Source of the DNA: Nostochopsis sp.
GTDB taxonomy: Bacteria; Cyanobacteriota; Cyanobacteriia; Cyanobacteriales; Nostocaceae
Length of the DNA stretch: 64,000 bases
Reading direction: 5' to 3'
NCBI GenBank assembly: GCA_051172755.1
Contig: JBMNDX010000001.1
Location: forward strand, 863,566 to 927,565
The notes beneath the pieces were generated by a model that was not told where the DNA came from, did no database searches, and saw nothing but the letters and a program-made list of their open reading frames with translations. Positions 48,274-58,665 of this stretch are shown here, piece by piece. Position numbers and translations under genes: made by a program. The first letter of the stretch is position 1. Each line of letters begins with the position of its first letter.

Positions 48274-50151
48274 CTAATTACTGGTGTTGGGTTGCACAAA
48301 ACGCTTAATGTCACCACAAGCAATATAAGACTTGCCATCAGGAGCTATTTTAATTTCATCAACGACGTAAAGCATTCCTTCCTCACGAATTGAGCGAGGA
48401 AAACGCATATTCCAATCAGGCTCATATCCGTCAGAAACTACCCTCGCGCGCAGCTTACTGCCATCTTTCACACACTGAACCAGAATACCATTATTTACAC
48501 TGTCAGTGGTAAGTAAATCGGCAGCGCTGGCGGGGCCTTTGGAAGCTTTGCCAGTGCTAGTAGACCTTGATTGTCTGGAATTAACAAAGATATCTGCTTC
48601 ACCGGGTTTAGCAAAACGGTTAATTTTGCCAGATACACGATAGAAAGAGCCATCAGTTGAAAGTTCCACTCCTTCAACGACATAATGCGCTCCCTCGGCA
48701 CGAATTGCTCTAGGAAACTGAACGTTTTTAGTTGCATCGTAACCATCGGACATGACTTTGACCCGCAACTTACCCCCTTCGCGAACACAGTATAATTCAA
48801 CACCAATTCCTACGTCATTTACTGTTGGCATCGCGTATATTTCATCGCCCGCAGTCACACCACGACCTACCAGATCACTGCGAGTGCGCGTCATTGCCTG
48901 ATAAGTTTGATCGCGCAGTTCTTTACGTCCAGCATTACCTAAAGCTTTTTGAGCAATCCGTCCGGCAAAATATTCCAGTTGATCTATCTCTTCAGCAATT
49001 TCAAAATTCTCGTTCAAACCTTTATTTCGCAGGTCTTGCACCAACGCGCGTAGAATTTGTTCGGCTTCTTGGTGTTTACCATGCTCTGCTAGATCAAGCG
49101 CAATTTCTTTGGCCTTAGCAATAGTCAAACGGCTCAAATCAAGGATGATATGACTGGAAGAAGCAAAAGCTGATTCTTCAACTGTGCCAACTTTGGCCAC
49201 GACATCTGTTGTACCAGACACGCTTTGAATGATGTCATTTTGCACGACATCAGCGCTGTAATGCAGTTTCATCACGGGTAATTGACCTAGTTGAGCAGCA
49301 GGAATCTCCAGACTTAACCCTAAAAGTTTGTCTTCACCTTCGTAAAATTCCCCTAAAGTAATCACAGGTTGACCAGCGTTATTTTGGTCAAATTTAGCAA
49401 GACTTAAGACATCAACCAGATTGACACCATCAGCCAACTCAAGAGTTACTTTCAGGTTTTGACCTACCACTGCTCTGAGGCTATCCAGCTCAATACTGAA
49501 GACTTCGGCTGCTTCATCAATGCTTTGAATAAAGTAGAAGTTACCACTAGCAGCTCTCGCCATACCAATCAGCAAATCCTCATTGAAACCCTGATCAAAA
49601 CCTAATGTAGTTGTGATAATACCTTCCTCAGCTTTTTGCCCTGCTGTTGCTGTGAGTATTTTAGGATCTTGAATACCCATATTGGCATGACCATCGGTCA
49701 GCAGCAGCACACGGTTGATTTTTTGCGCCTCAAGTTGCTGTTTCACATATTCGCAACCTTTGAGCCATCCCCCAGATAAATTGGTAATACCTCCTGCTTG
49801 CACAGTGCCCAGAGAATTTTTCAATACAGATTTGTTGTCTACAGGCTGGGGTGGCACAACAGTATCCACTGCATCATCGTAAACAACCACTGAAAGAATG
49901 TCATTTGCCTCAAGTTGATCGACTACAGATTCAGCAGCTTTGAGCGCATGAAACAAGGGAAGACCCGCCATAGAGCCAGAACGGTCAATTACAAGAGACA
50001 GGTTAAGATCACGTCGTCCAGACTCAGGTATGTCAGCACGAAAACGGAGTAACACATTAGTCTTTAATGAAGAGCCGACTGGTAATATCGCTTGGTCAAA
50101 TGCGTAACTTGTTTTGATCATTTGTAGACTCTCGAAATTATTTTTAATCAC
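48274..50151 (-). CDS. von Willebrand factor A (vWA) domain protein with a C-terminal tandem ~65-aa repeat of unknown fold
   Basis: MIDAS motif DRSGSM...T...D. The C-terminal repeats are VKVMSDGYDATKNVQFPRAIRAEGAHYVV and ARVVSDGYEPDWNMRFPRSIREEGMLYVV. Confidence 0.7.
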   Translation of the reverse strand: MIKNNFESLQMIKTSYAFDQAILPVGSSLKTNVLLRFRADIPESGRRDLNLSLVIDRSGSMAGLPLFHALKAAESVVDQLEANDILSVVVYDDAVDTVVPPQPVDNKSVLKNSLGTVQAGGITNLSGGWLKGCEYVKQQLEAQKINRVLLLTDGHANMGIQDPKILTATAGQKAEEGIITTTLGFDQGFNEDLLIGMARAASGNFYFIQSIDEAAEVFSIELDSLRAVVGQNLKVTLELADGVNLVDVLSLAKFDQNNAGQPVITLGEFYEGEDKLLGLSLEIPAAQLGQLPVMKLHYSADVVQNDIIQSVSGTTDVVAKVGTVEESAFASSSHIILDLSRLTIAKAKEIALDLAEHGKHQEAEQILRALVQDLRNKGLNENFEIAEEIDQLEYFAGRIAQKALGNAGRKELRDQTYQAMTRTRSDLVGRGVTAGDEIYAMPTVNDVGIGVELYCVREGGKLRVKVMSDGYDATKNVQFPRAIRAEGAHYVVEGVELSTDGSFYRVSGKINRFAKPGEADIFVNSRQSRSTSTGKASKGPASAADLLTTDSVNNGILVQCVKDGSKLRARVVSDGYEPDWNMRFPRSIREEGMLYVVDEIKIAPDGKSYIACGDIKRFVQPNTSN

Positions 50152-50280
50152 TGATGAGCTTTATAATACGGTCACAACTCAGTGTTGCTTTTAGTTTACC
50201 CAGTGGCCATAAGGATCTAATTATTTATGCTTTGTGATTGACAAGAGTTTCAAAGATTTTGACATTTATTAACGTTTATA

Positions 50281-50336
50281 GTAAGGACTTTAGTGCTTAA
50301 AAATAAGGACTAAAGTCCTTACTACAAACTTGCTCC
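50281..50336. repeat. REP-like palindrome (GTAAGGACTTTAGT...ACTAAAGTCCTTAC)
   Basis: Read directly. Confidence 0.65.
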
Positions 50337-50408
50337 TTTAACCGACGGTATTGTTAGCCACTCGATAAATATAGTCAACTGCGGGCGATTTGCGTTATAC
50401 AAATAATA

Positions 50409-52244
50409 ATGAGGACTCTTCGTAAAAAACGTAACGCCCTGCGCCAATCCTTGGCGGTATTTCGCTACAGTGGACGAGCGATCGCTTTAGTATGGAATAC
50501 TAATCGCTCTCTGACAATTATTCTGGCAACTTTAACTCTGGTGGCTGGTTTGTTACCAGCAGCTGTAGCTTATATCGGTAAGTTAATAGTCGATGCGGTG
50601 GTTTTTGCATCTCAAAATCATACACAAACTAGTAATCTTATCAACTACTCTCATCCTCTGATTTATGTAGGAATAGAAGCGATCGCTGTAGCTTTACTTG
50701 CTTTTAGCCAGAGGGGATTAACTATTTGTCAATCCTTGTTGCGGGTGTTACTCGGTCAACGGGTGAATGAATTAATCTTGGAAAAAGCCTTAACTCTGGA
50801 ACTGACACAGTTTGAAGACTCGGAATTTTACGATAAACTCACAAACGCTCGCCGAGAAGCTTCCATTCGTCCCCTTTCCCTAGTCAACCGTACCTTTGGG
50901 TTGGTACAAAGCGCCCTTTCACTGTTAACCTATGGCGCTCTGTTAATCAAATTCTCAATTTGGACATTGCTTGTACTGATCTTAGCAGCCATGCCTGCAT
51001 TCGTTGCTGAAACTAGATTTGCGGGGGAAGCTTTTCGCTTGTTTCGTTGGCGCGCACCAGAAACTCGCCAGCAGCATTATTTAGAAACCTTAGCTGCTAG
51101 AGAAGATTTCGCCAAGGAAGTCAAACTCTACCAATTGGGGGAGATGTTGCTGGAACGTTATCGCAATATCTTTTATCAACTCTACGATGAAGACCGTAAC
51201 TTAACAATCCGGCGGGGAATGTGGGGATACTTCCTGAGTTTGCTAAGTACAGTTGCTTTTTATCTCGCCTACGCTTGGATTGTACTGGAAACCGTCGCGG
51301 GGAGAATTTCTCTAGGCGATATGACGATGTATCTCACCGTGTTTCGCCAAGGACAGATGACTTTTTCTGGTGCTTTGACCTCCATCGGGGGAATGTACGA
51401 AGACAATTTATATCTTTCTAATCTCTACGAATTTCTAGAGGAGGAAGTACCACAACCACAAGGGAAAGCAACCAGAGGTGTGAAACCTGGAGATGGTATT
51501 CGGTTTGAAAATGTCACGTTTACCTATCCAGAAAGTACCCAACCTGCATTAATAAATATTTCTTTTCACTTGAAACCAGGAGAGAAATTAGCGATCGTTG
51601 GTGAAAACGGTTCTGGTAAGACTACTTTAATTAAACTACTGACTCGACTCTACAACCCCAGTTCCGGCAGGATTTTACTAGATGGCTTGAATTTGCAAGA
51701 GTGGGATGTGGAGGTGTTGCGACAACGCATCGGTGTAATTTTCCAGAACTTTGTCCGCTACCAATTTACGGTAGGAGAAAACATTGGTGTGGGTGATGTG
51801 GAACGCATGGAAGATAGGGAATTGTGGGAAGTTGCTGCTGAAAAAGGTATGGCGCTACCTTTCATTGAAAAATTACCTACAGGTTTCACTACGCAGTTGG
51901 GTAAGTGGTTCAAAGGGGGACAGGAACTTTCTGGAGGACAATGGCAGAAAATCGCCCTCGCCCGTGCTTTTATGCGAAATAACGCAGATATAGTAGTTTT
52001 GGATGAGCCGACATCAGCGATGGATGCTCAAGCTGAGTACGAGATTTTCAATCATTTTCGGGCTTTAACTAAAAATCAGATGGTGTTTTTAATCTCTCAC
52101 CGTTTTTCCACAGTGCGGATGGCTGACAAAATTTTGGTAATAGAAGCTGGGGAAGTGGTAGAAGAAGGAACCCACGAGGAATTATTGCAGAATGGAGGGA
52201 GATACGCAAGCCTGTTTTATTTGCAAGCGGCTGGGTATCAGTAG
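50409..52244 (+). CDS. ABC exporter, fused permease plus ATPase (MsbA/MdlB-like)
   Basis: 6-TM N-terminal domain. Walker A GENGSGKTT, signature LSGGQWQKIALAR and Walker B VVLDEPTSAMD. Confidence 0.85.
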   Translation: MRTLRKKRNALRQSLAVFRYSGRAIALVWNTNRSLTIILATLTLVAGLLPAAVAYIGKLIVDAVVFASQNHTQTSNLINYSHPLIYVGIEAIAVALLAFSQRGLTICQSLLRVLLGQRVNELILEKALTLELTQFEDSEFYDKLTNARREASIRPLSLVNRTFGLVQSALSLLTYGALLIKFSIWTLLVLILAAMPAFVAETRFAGEAFRLFRWRAPETRQQHYLETLAAREDFAKEVKLYQLGEMLLERYRNIFYQLYDEDRNLTIRRGMWGYFLSLLSTVAFYLAYAWIVLETVAGRISLGDMTMYLTVFRQGQMTFSGALTSIGGMYEDNLYLSNLYEFLEEEVPQPQGKATRGVKPGDGIRFENVTFTYPESTQPALINISFHLKPGEKLAIVGENGSGKTTLIKLLTRLYNPSSGRILLDGLNLQEWDVEVLRQRIGVIFQNFVRYQFTVGENIGVGDVERMEDRELWEVAAEKGMALPFIEKLPTGFTTQLGKWFKGGQELSGGQWQKIALARAFMRNNADIVVLDEPTSAMDAQAEYEIFNHFRALTKNQMVFLISHRFSTVRMADKILVIEAGEVVEEGTHEELLQNGGRYASLFYLQAAGYQ

Positions 52245-52316
52245 AGATGCGAAATTATCCTGCGGGATCTTGCTACGCATCTCTACTCTAGTACTCCACC
52301 ACAGAAACTTTGAGGG

Positions 52317-52370
52317 GTTCGTAGTGAGCGCTTAAGCGCTCATAGAGGACTAAAGTCCTCACTACGAACC
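52317..52370. repeat. REP-like palindrome GGTTCGTAGTGAGCGCTTAAGCGCTCATAGAGGACTAAAGTCCTCACTACGAACC
   Basis: Read directly, between convergent genes. Confidence 0.7.
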
Positions 52371-52394
52371 CAGCATAGTTCGTGTGGGCAAGTA

Positions 52395-54692
52395 CTAATG
52401 TAGCAATTTCTGTAGAGCGCTTAGTAATGCGTGGTTTGTGAAGGGTTTAGGCAAGAATTCTTGGATAGTAAAACTTTTGTTGTGACCATTAACCCAATTG
52501 GGCATCAGTCCACTCATCGCAATAATTTGCACCTGTGGATTAATGCGTTGCAATGTGAGAATCGTAGTAGAGCCATCCATCTCTGGCATCATCAAGTCTG
52601 TCAAAACTACACTGATGTCATCTTTGTACTGAGAATAGAGTGCAAGTGCTTCAATGCCGTCGCTGGCGGTTAAAACCCTATAGTTATGAGTTTCCAGTGT
52701 AGTTTTAGTAATCTCGCAGATTGTGGTTTCGTCATCTACCACCAAAATCAATTCGCCATTGCCGTTTGGTAGTTCTGCATCAACTTCTGTTTGGGGTTCA
52801 ATAGCTTGGTTACTTGGCAAGTATACCTTAAAGGTGCTTCCTTTTCCCACTTTGCTATAAACATTCAAAAAACCACTATGATTTTTAATAATGCCCATGA
52901 CAGTGGAAAGCCCTAGACCGCTTCCTTTGCCTAACTCTTTTGTGGTAAAAAAAGGATCAAAAATGCGGTCTATAATTTCAGGTGCAATTCCTGTTCCGGT
53001 ATCAGCAATACTAATCACAATGTAGGAACCTACCTCAGCATCCACATGCATCCGAGCATAACTTTCATCAACCCAAAGGTTTTCGGCGCTAATACTCAGA
53101 ATCCCGCCATTGGGCATAGCATCGCGAGCATTGACTGTGAGGTTCATCAGCACCTGATGAAGTTGAGTTGCATCTGCAAAAATTGTCCAAAGATCAGGTG
53201 CTAAATCAGCTTGGGTTTCAATCGATTTTGGGAAAGTTCTTTGAGCGATCCGTGCGACATCTAAAAGCAAATGCCTAGCTTGGACAATGGTGCAAGTCCC
53301 TTCCACACCTCGACGCGTAAACGACAGAATTTGCTTGACCAAATCAGCGCCTCGCTTGGCACTGCTTTCTAATATTTCCAACAATTGCCGACTTTTATCA
53401 TCCAGGTTGTGAATTTTAAGGGGTAGCAATTGAGCAACAGCCAAAATGGGAGTGAGAATATTGTTGAAGTCGTGGGCAATGCCCGAAGCGAGAGTGCCTA
53501 AGCTTTCCAGCCGTTGAGTGCGAAGAAACTGCGCTTCGAGTAGTTTTTTCTCAGTAATGTCAGTATTGACAATCAGAATGGATTTAGGATTACCTGCTTC
53601 ATCGCGCACAAGTGTCCAGCGACTTTCGACGATAATGTCTTTACCATCCTTTGTGACTTGCTGTAACTCACCCTGCCATTTACCTTCTTTAGCCAATATT
53701 GCCTGTGTTGCTTCAAATTGCGGCAAAGTTGCGCTATGTCGGTACAAAAACTCAACGGCACTCTTGCTAAGGATTTCTGCTGCTTCCCATCCATACAAAT
53801 GTTCCGCACCTTTATTCCAGAATAACAGATGTTGCTCCAAGTCTTGCACAAAAATTGCGTCAGTTGCGACATCCAATAAAGCAGCTTGCTCACGGATTTG
53901 TTGTTCTGCCAGTTTGCGATTGGTAATGTCCTCCGCAATGCCCACAACTCGATGCGGTTCTCCAAATTTATCTCTGAGCGGGAAACCGCGATCGCGTATC
54001 CATCGCCACGAACCATCGGGACGAATAATTCTATACTCCTCATCATAGTTTCCCGCCAGTGACTGCTCAAAGAAAACATTCTGAATGCGTTGCCGATCTT
54101 CGGGATGAATTGCCTCTAGCCATCCTCTAAAGTTGGCATCCAAGCTTTCACAAGTACGTCCCCAGATGTTTTCGTAGGCAGGACTGACGTAGAGTAACTG
54201 AGGTTCTTTGGGGTCTGCCATCCAGAAAACCATCTCAGTAATATTCTCTGCCAATTGGCGAAACCGTTCTTCGCTTTCCTGTAGAGCTTGTTCAGTGATA
54301 TACTGTTTATACCGTTCCTGTGCCTCCCGCAACTCCCGTTCAACTGCGGGTACTAACCGGGTGAGATGACCTTTGATCAGGTAGTCGTTAGCTCCGGCTT
54401 TCATGGCAGCAACGGCAGTATCTTCACCAATCGTGCCGGAGACGATAATAAATGGTAAATCCAACTTCCGGCTCTGAAGGACTTTCAGCGCTTCTAGCGC
54501 ACTGAAAGCAGGCATACTGTAATCTGCAATCACGATGTCCCAAGACTGTTGATCTAGAACTGCCTGCATGGCACTTGGGGTATCCACCCGAACATAATCT
54601 AGGGTGTAGCCACCCCGACGTAACTCCCGCAGAGTTAACAGAGTATCATCCTCCGAATCCTCAAGAATCAGAACACGCAGGTGAGAGTTCAT
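52395..54692 (-). CDS. hybrid sensor histidine kinase (REC-PAS-PAS-HisKA-HATPase-REC)
   Basis: N-terminal REC (VIADYSMP), H-box AHDFNNILTPI, G-box GLGLSTVMG and C-terminal REC (VLTDLMMPEMDG). Confidence 0.85.
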   Translation of the reverse strand: MNSHLRVLILEDSEDDTLLTLRELRRGGYTLDYVRVDTPSAMQAVLDQQSWDIVIADYSMPAFSALEALKVLQSRKLDLPFIIVSGTIGEDTAVAAMKAGANDYLIKGHLTRLVPAVERELREAQERYKQYITEQALQESEERFRQLAENITEMVFWMADPKEPQLLYVSPAYENIWGRTCESLDANFRGWLEAIHPEDRQRIQNVFFEQSLAGNYDEEYRIIRPDGSWRWIRDRGFPLRDKFGEPHRVVGIAEDITNRKLAEQQIREQAALLDVATDAIFVQDLEQHLLFWNKGAEHLYGWEAAEILSKSAVEFLYRHSATLPQFEATQAILAKEGKWQGELQQVTKDGKDIIVESRWTLVRDEAGNPKSILIVNTDITEKKLLEAQFLRTQRLESLGTLASGIAHDFNNILTPILAVAQLLPLKIHNLDDKSRQLLEILESSAKRGADLVKQILSFTRRGVEGTCTIVQARHLLLDVARIAQRTFPKSIETQADLAPDLWTIFADATQLHQVLMNLTVNARDAMPNGGILSISAENLWVDESYARMHVDAEVGSYIVISIADTGTGIAPEIIDRIFDPFFTTKELGKGSGLGLSTVMGIIKNHSGFLNVYSKVGKGSTFKVYLPSNQAIEPQTEVDAELPNGNGELILVVDDETTICEITKTTLETHNYRVLTASDGIEALALYSQYKDDISVVLTDLMMPEMDGSTTILTLQRINPQVQIIAMSGLMPNWVNGHNKSFTIQEFLPKPFTNHALLSALQKLLH

Positions 54693-54705
54693 CTTGACTA
54701 CCTCT

Positions 54706-55149
54706 TTAAATAGGTGGTGCTTCGTTCAACAGTAACCAGTACATTCCCAATTGCTTTACTGCCTCCGTAAATTCGATAAAATTCACAGGTTTGCGGATGT
54801 AACTATTACACCCCAAGCTATAACTATTGAGCATATCTTGTTCTTCGCTGGAGGTAGTTAGAACCACCACAGGCAAAAGTTTGGTGCGATTATCTTCTCG
54901 CAAGCGGCGCAATATTTCAATACCATCAATGCGAGGCAGTTTTAGATCCAACAAAATCACTGTGGGTTGGATGCTGATATCACGTCCAGCATAAGCTCCG
55001 GTTCCAAATAGGTAATCCAGGGCTTCAACACCGTCATGAGCCACTACAATTTCATTACTGATGTGATTCCGCTTCAAAGCTCGAATTGCCAAAGCTTCAT
55101 CATCAGGATTATCTTCCACCAAAAGAATAGTTTTGTTGCTCACGCTCAT
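54706..55149 (-). CDS. single-domain response regulator (CheY-like)
   Basis: ILLVEDNPDD, phospho-acceptor in ILLDLKLP and conserved Lys in RKP. Confidence 0.8.
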   Translation of the reverse strand: MSVSNKTILLVEDNPDDEALAIRALKRNHISNEIVVAHDGVEALDYLFGTGAYAGRDISIQPTVILLDLKLPRIDGIEILRRLREDNRTKLLPVVVLTTSSEEQDMLNSYSLGCNSYIRKPVNFIEFTEAVKQLGMYWLLLNEAPPI

Positions 55150-56569
55150 TCCCTGCCTTCTCTACTATTAGTGTAAAGTAAAAGATAGCCCCTTGTTCCA
55201 CAGCCCCTTCTGCCCATACTCGACCGCCATGCCGATGCACAATTCGCTGCACAGTGGCGAGTCCAATTCCATTGCCCGGAAATTCATTAATACCATGCAA
55301 ACGCTGGAACGGTCCAAATAGTTTGTTGGCGTATGCCATATCAAAGCCCGCACCATCATCTCGAACAAAGTAGACTGGGATGCCACTTTCACTGTTGCTG
55401 GCTCCAAACTCAATTTTTGCCTGGGCGTGCTTGGAGGTAAATTTCCAGGCATTGTTCAGTAAATTTACTAGCATCACCTGTAGCAAACATCTGTCCCCTT
55501 CGGCTAACAACCCTGTTTGAATGACAAACTCTACCTGTCGCTCTGGCTGACTATGCTGTAATTCAGTACAAATGCTGCTAGCTAACAGACTCAGATCCAC
55601 AAGTTCCAACCGCATGTCGCTGCGTGTCACCCGAGATAAGTTGAGGAGATCATCGATCAATTGTCCCATCCGGTGAGTCGCTAAACGAATTCGCCGCAGG
55701 TAGTCCTGTCCGGTTTCGTCCAGCAGGTCAAAGTAGTCTTCCAGAAGAGCTTGACTGAAGCCGTCAATACCCCGTAAAGGAGTACGCAGATCATGGGAAA
55801 CAGAGTACGAAAAGGCTTCTAGTTCTTTGTTGACTGCCTGTAGTTCAATGATTGCTCGTTGTAGCCCTTGGTTTAGGGATTGAACTTCCTGCTGTGCCTG
55901 TAAGCGCTCCATTACTTCTGCTCGTAGATCAGCCATCAGTTCTGCGTGTTTGAGGGCTACACCAAGGTGGTTGGCAATTTGGTTGACAAACTCGATTTCT
56001 ATTGCTAGCCACTCTCTAGGAGCGCGACATTGGTGAATACAGAGTAATCCCCAGAGCTTTTGACCTTGCAGAAGCGGTACCACTAGGTTAGCTCGGATTT
56101 GAAATTGGGACAGGATTTGAATGTGACACTCACTCAACCCATAATTATAGATATCTGCAACCGCTTGAACCCGGCCCTGCTGATAATGGATGGCAAACTG
56201 CTCCCCAAAACAGTGGTCGTGAATTTTTTGCGCCATAGCTGACGCAAAAGCCGGATCTACATCCTCAGAAACAAATTCCCCATCATCCCAGCCTGAGTCT
56301 GGGTAGAAGCGAAACATTCCCACTCGGTCTGCTTGCAAGAGTTGGCGAACTTCAGTAGCTGTGGCTTTAAAAATCGTTTCCAAGTCTAGAGGTTCCCGCA
56401 GGCGGGTAATCACACGGAACAATGCTTTTTGCTCCTCTACCCAGAAATATGCTTGACTGATTTCCTGCTCTAAGTGTTGGACTTCATCTGTTAGGATCTG
56501 TTTGGCATCCTCAAATGCCGCTTCATCTCGACACAAACTCCGTAACCTTGCTAATATTTCTGGGTTCAT
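55109..56569 (-). CDS. GAF-domain sensor histidine kinase
   Basis: GAF region, H-box SHDLRTPLRGI and HATPase_c G-box GNGIGLATV. Overlaps the downstream RR gene by 41 nt. Confidence 0.8.
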   Translation of the reverse strand: MNPEILARLRSLCRDEAAFEDAKQILTDEVQHLEQEISQAYFWVEEQKALFRVITRLREPLDLETIFKATATEVRQLLQADRVGMFRFYPDSGWDDGEFVSEDVDPAFASAMAQKIHDHCFGEQFAIHYQQGRVQAVADIYNYGLSECHIQILSQFQIRANLVVPLLQGQKLWGLLCIHQCRAPREWLAIEIEFVNQIANHLGVALKHAELMADLRAEVMERLQAQQEVQSLNQGLQRAIIELQAVNKELEAFSYSVSHDLRTPLRGIDGFSQALLEDYFDLLDETGQDYLRRIRLATHRMGQLIDDLLNLSRVTRSDMRLELVDLSLLASSICTELQHSQPERQVEFVIQTGLLAEGDRCLLQVMLVNLLNNAWKFTSKHAQAKIEFGASNSESGIPVYFVRDDGAGFDMAYANKLFGPFQRLHGINEFPGNGIGLATVQRIVHRHGGRVWAEGAVEQGAIFYFTLIVEKAGNEREQQNYSFGGR

Positions 56570-57554
56570 TAGTTTTAGCTATCCCTCTTTTGTTGCTCTG
56601 CGATTAGTAAAATCTTCCGAAAGTGTTTTCTCGGTCTAGAAACTAGTGTAGAAGATCGATGTAGGACTATTGCAGCAAAAAGCCAGGAATGCGATCGCCG
56701 TCAGATCCTTCCCTTAATTCAAAATTCAAAATTACATCTCTTAAATAATGGTGCTTGAAACACCGTGTGTCAATGTTGTTTATTAATTACCAAGCTTTGA
56801 AAAAAAAGTTCGTCCTGAACAAATAGTTGTATTTGCGCCTTTAGATAGCGATCGCAATTCAAACTACCTACTAATAAAGTATTTTCAAAACTTTTTTAAA
56901 TCGCCACAAACCAAATTCACTAATACACAGGCACGTGTCTGTATGCAGGGCTATTTCAGCATAGACATAAATCGCCCTGAACTAAAGTTCAAGGCTAATA
57001 GTTTAAATCCGTCAAAACGGACTAAGTCAACACAGAACAGTCGGTTTTAACCGATTTTTGCTATTAGCCTCATAATTGATTCTGAGGCGGGCTGGATGTG
57101 AATAAAATAGCCCTGTGTCTGTAGGTGATTAATTTACTGTTGTTCGTTATGAACATAATTGTAGCTGAAGTTAATGTTAGATATTAATAAACGTTGAGCT
57201 AGATATTAATCAATTCCTACTACTCTGTCAACTTTGAATTGAGGGATAAGAAAGTTCGTATTAAGGACCAAGCTTCCTTATTTTCTAAGCACGCTTGGTG
57301 CTTACTGCAAAACTTCAAAACTAGCTTGACAGACCACTACTTTAGAATTAGAAAAATATTGATTTTATTTGATTCTTGCGGTAACAGTGAACCCATTCTG
57401 TCAAATTATACAGTTGAAACTCTTGATAATTACTACTGAAGAAAGATGCTTATTTAGTTATTAAATGAGCAAGCTTAAGTAATAACGGCAACTTAAATAT
57501 TGATCATCTTTACCTGCTGTTTAACAAAGTGGAAGTTTTATTTTCTTAACTGCT

Positions 57555-58520
57555 ATGACTAGTAATATCTCGCAAAATAATGTCTGTGGATCTACTAGCA
57601 ACCATCAAACTGTAGAAATTTCTCTGTTATTAGCAAACCTCAAAAATAATATTTGGTTTTGGGGTATTTTTTCTTGGATGTTCGGAATTACGGATAGAGG
57701 TTTTGCTGCGTTTGCTGATGGTTATTTATCTCCAATAGAGATGCTACAGATATGTGCCACCTCTTTCTTATTCTTGAGTTGGCTGTTTTTGAAGCCAGAT
57801 GAAAGCTTGAATGATGAAGGCGTATCTGCAAGCGGACAAACTGACTTAATTCATTATCGTCAGCAAGCAATATCTACAGTTAAAGATAGAATGCTTGAGT
57901 TGCAAGAGCAGCATATGATCAGTCAGGCGTATACTCTGCCTTTTCCTTATCTGTGTCAAATCTATCATTTATTAAATTTAAAACACTTGGAAACAGTTCA
58001 CAGCTTTAGTCTGAATAATTTAAAGGTCGTTGATGTTAATTATGTTCAGGCTACAAACTACGGCGGTAAGCTCAAATTCCAAACAATATTAGCAGTATCG
58101 GCTGTTAATATTTTAAGAATTTGGAGACAACCAATAGTCGAAGTAGATTTAATATTGCACACACCTTTCACTGTTGAATTAAGTATTCCAGTCTATAATA
58201 ACAAAAAGATTATTGTCATATTTAATGCTCTACCTTTAAGCAGTACAAGTCATAAATTCTTTGTAGATATTTACAGTGATCTAGATTGGCCAAAGCCAAT
58301 CATGCAAATTATCTTGCATTTTGCTTCTTGTCTAACACTGTATGAAGATATACCCTACTTACGAACACTGACGAAAAGAAATATAGAGCGTTTAATCAAC
58401 TTAAATAAAGTTTCAAATCACGAAACAATGTGGCTATTTAGAAGGTTTGTTGAATTATATGGTTCGAGTATAGAACCTGCTGAAAATTTAAGACTATTGA
58501 GTAGTCAAGAACATAAATAA
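57555..58520 (+). CDS. hypothetical protein (321 aa), AT-rich gene
   Basis: Long ORF with no recognisable motifs. GC content is visibly lower than the neighbouring genes. Confidence 0.4.
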   Translation: MTSNISQNNVCGSTSNHQTVEISLLLANLKNNIWFWGIFSWMFGITDRGFAAFADGYLSPIEMLQICATSFLFLSWLFLKPDESLNDEGVSASGQTDLIHYRQQAISTVKDRMLELQEQHMISQAYTLPFPYLCQIYHLLNLKHLETVHSFSLNNLKVVDVNYVQATNYGGKLKFQTILAVSAVNILRIWRQPIVEVDLILHTPFTVELSIPVYNNKKIIVIFNALPLSSTSHKFFVDIYSDLDWPKPIMQIILHFASCLTLYEDIPYLRTLTKRNIERLINLNKVSNHETMWLFRRFVELYGSSIEPAENLRLLSSQEHK

Positions 58521-58665
58521 TATCATGTTTGCTTGAATACTTATACTGTCGAATAGGCTGGTAATCGGTAATCGGAAAAACCAACCACCAACTACCAAGC
58601 ATCAAAGATACAATCAGAATGCAAGCAGAAATTGAGGATGTTCTGCATTCTGGGAGCGATCGCCA

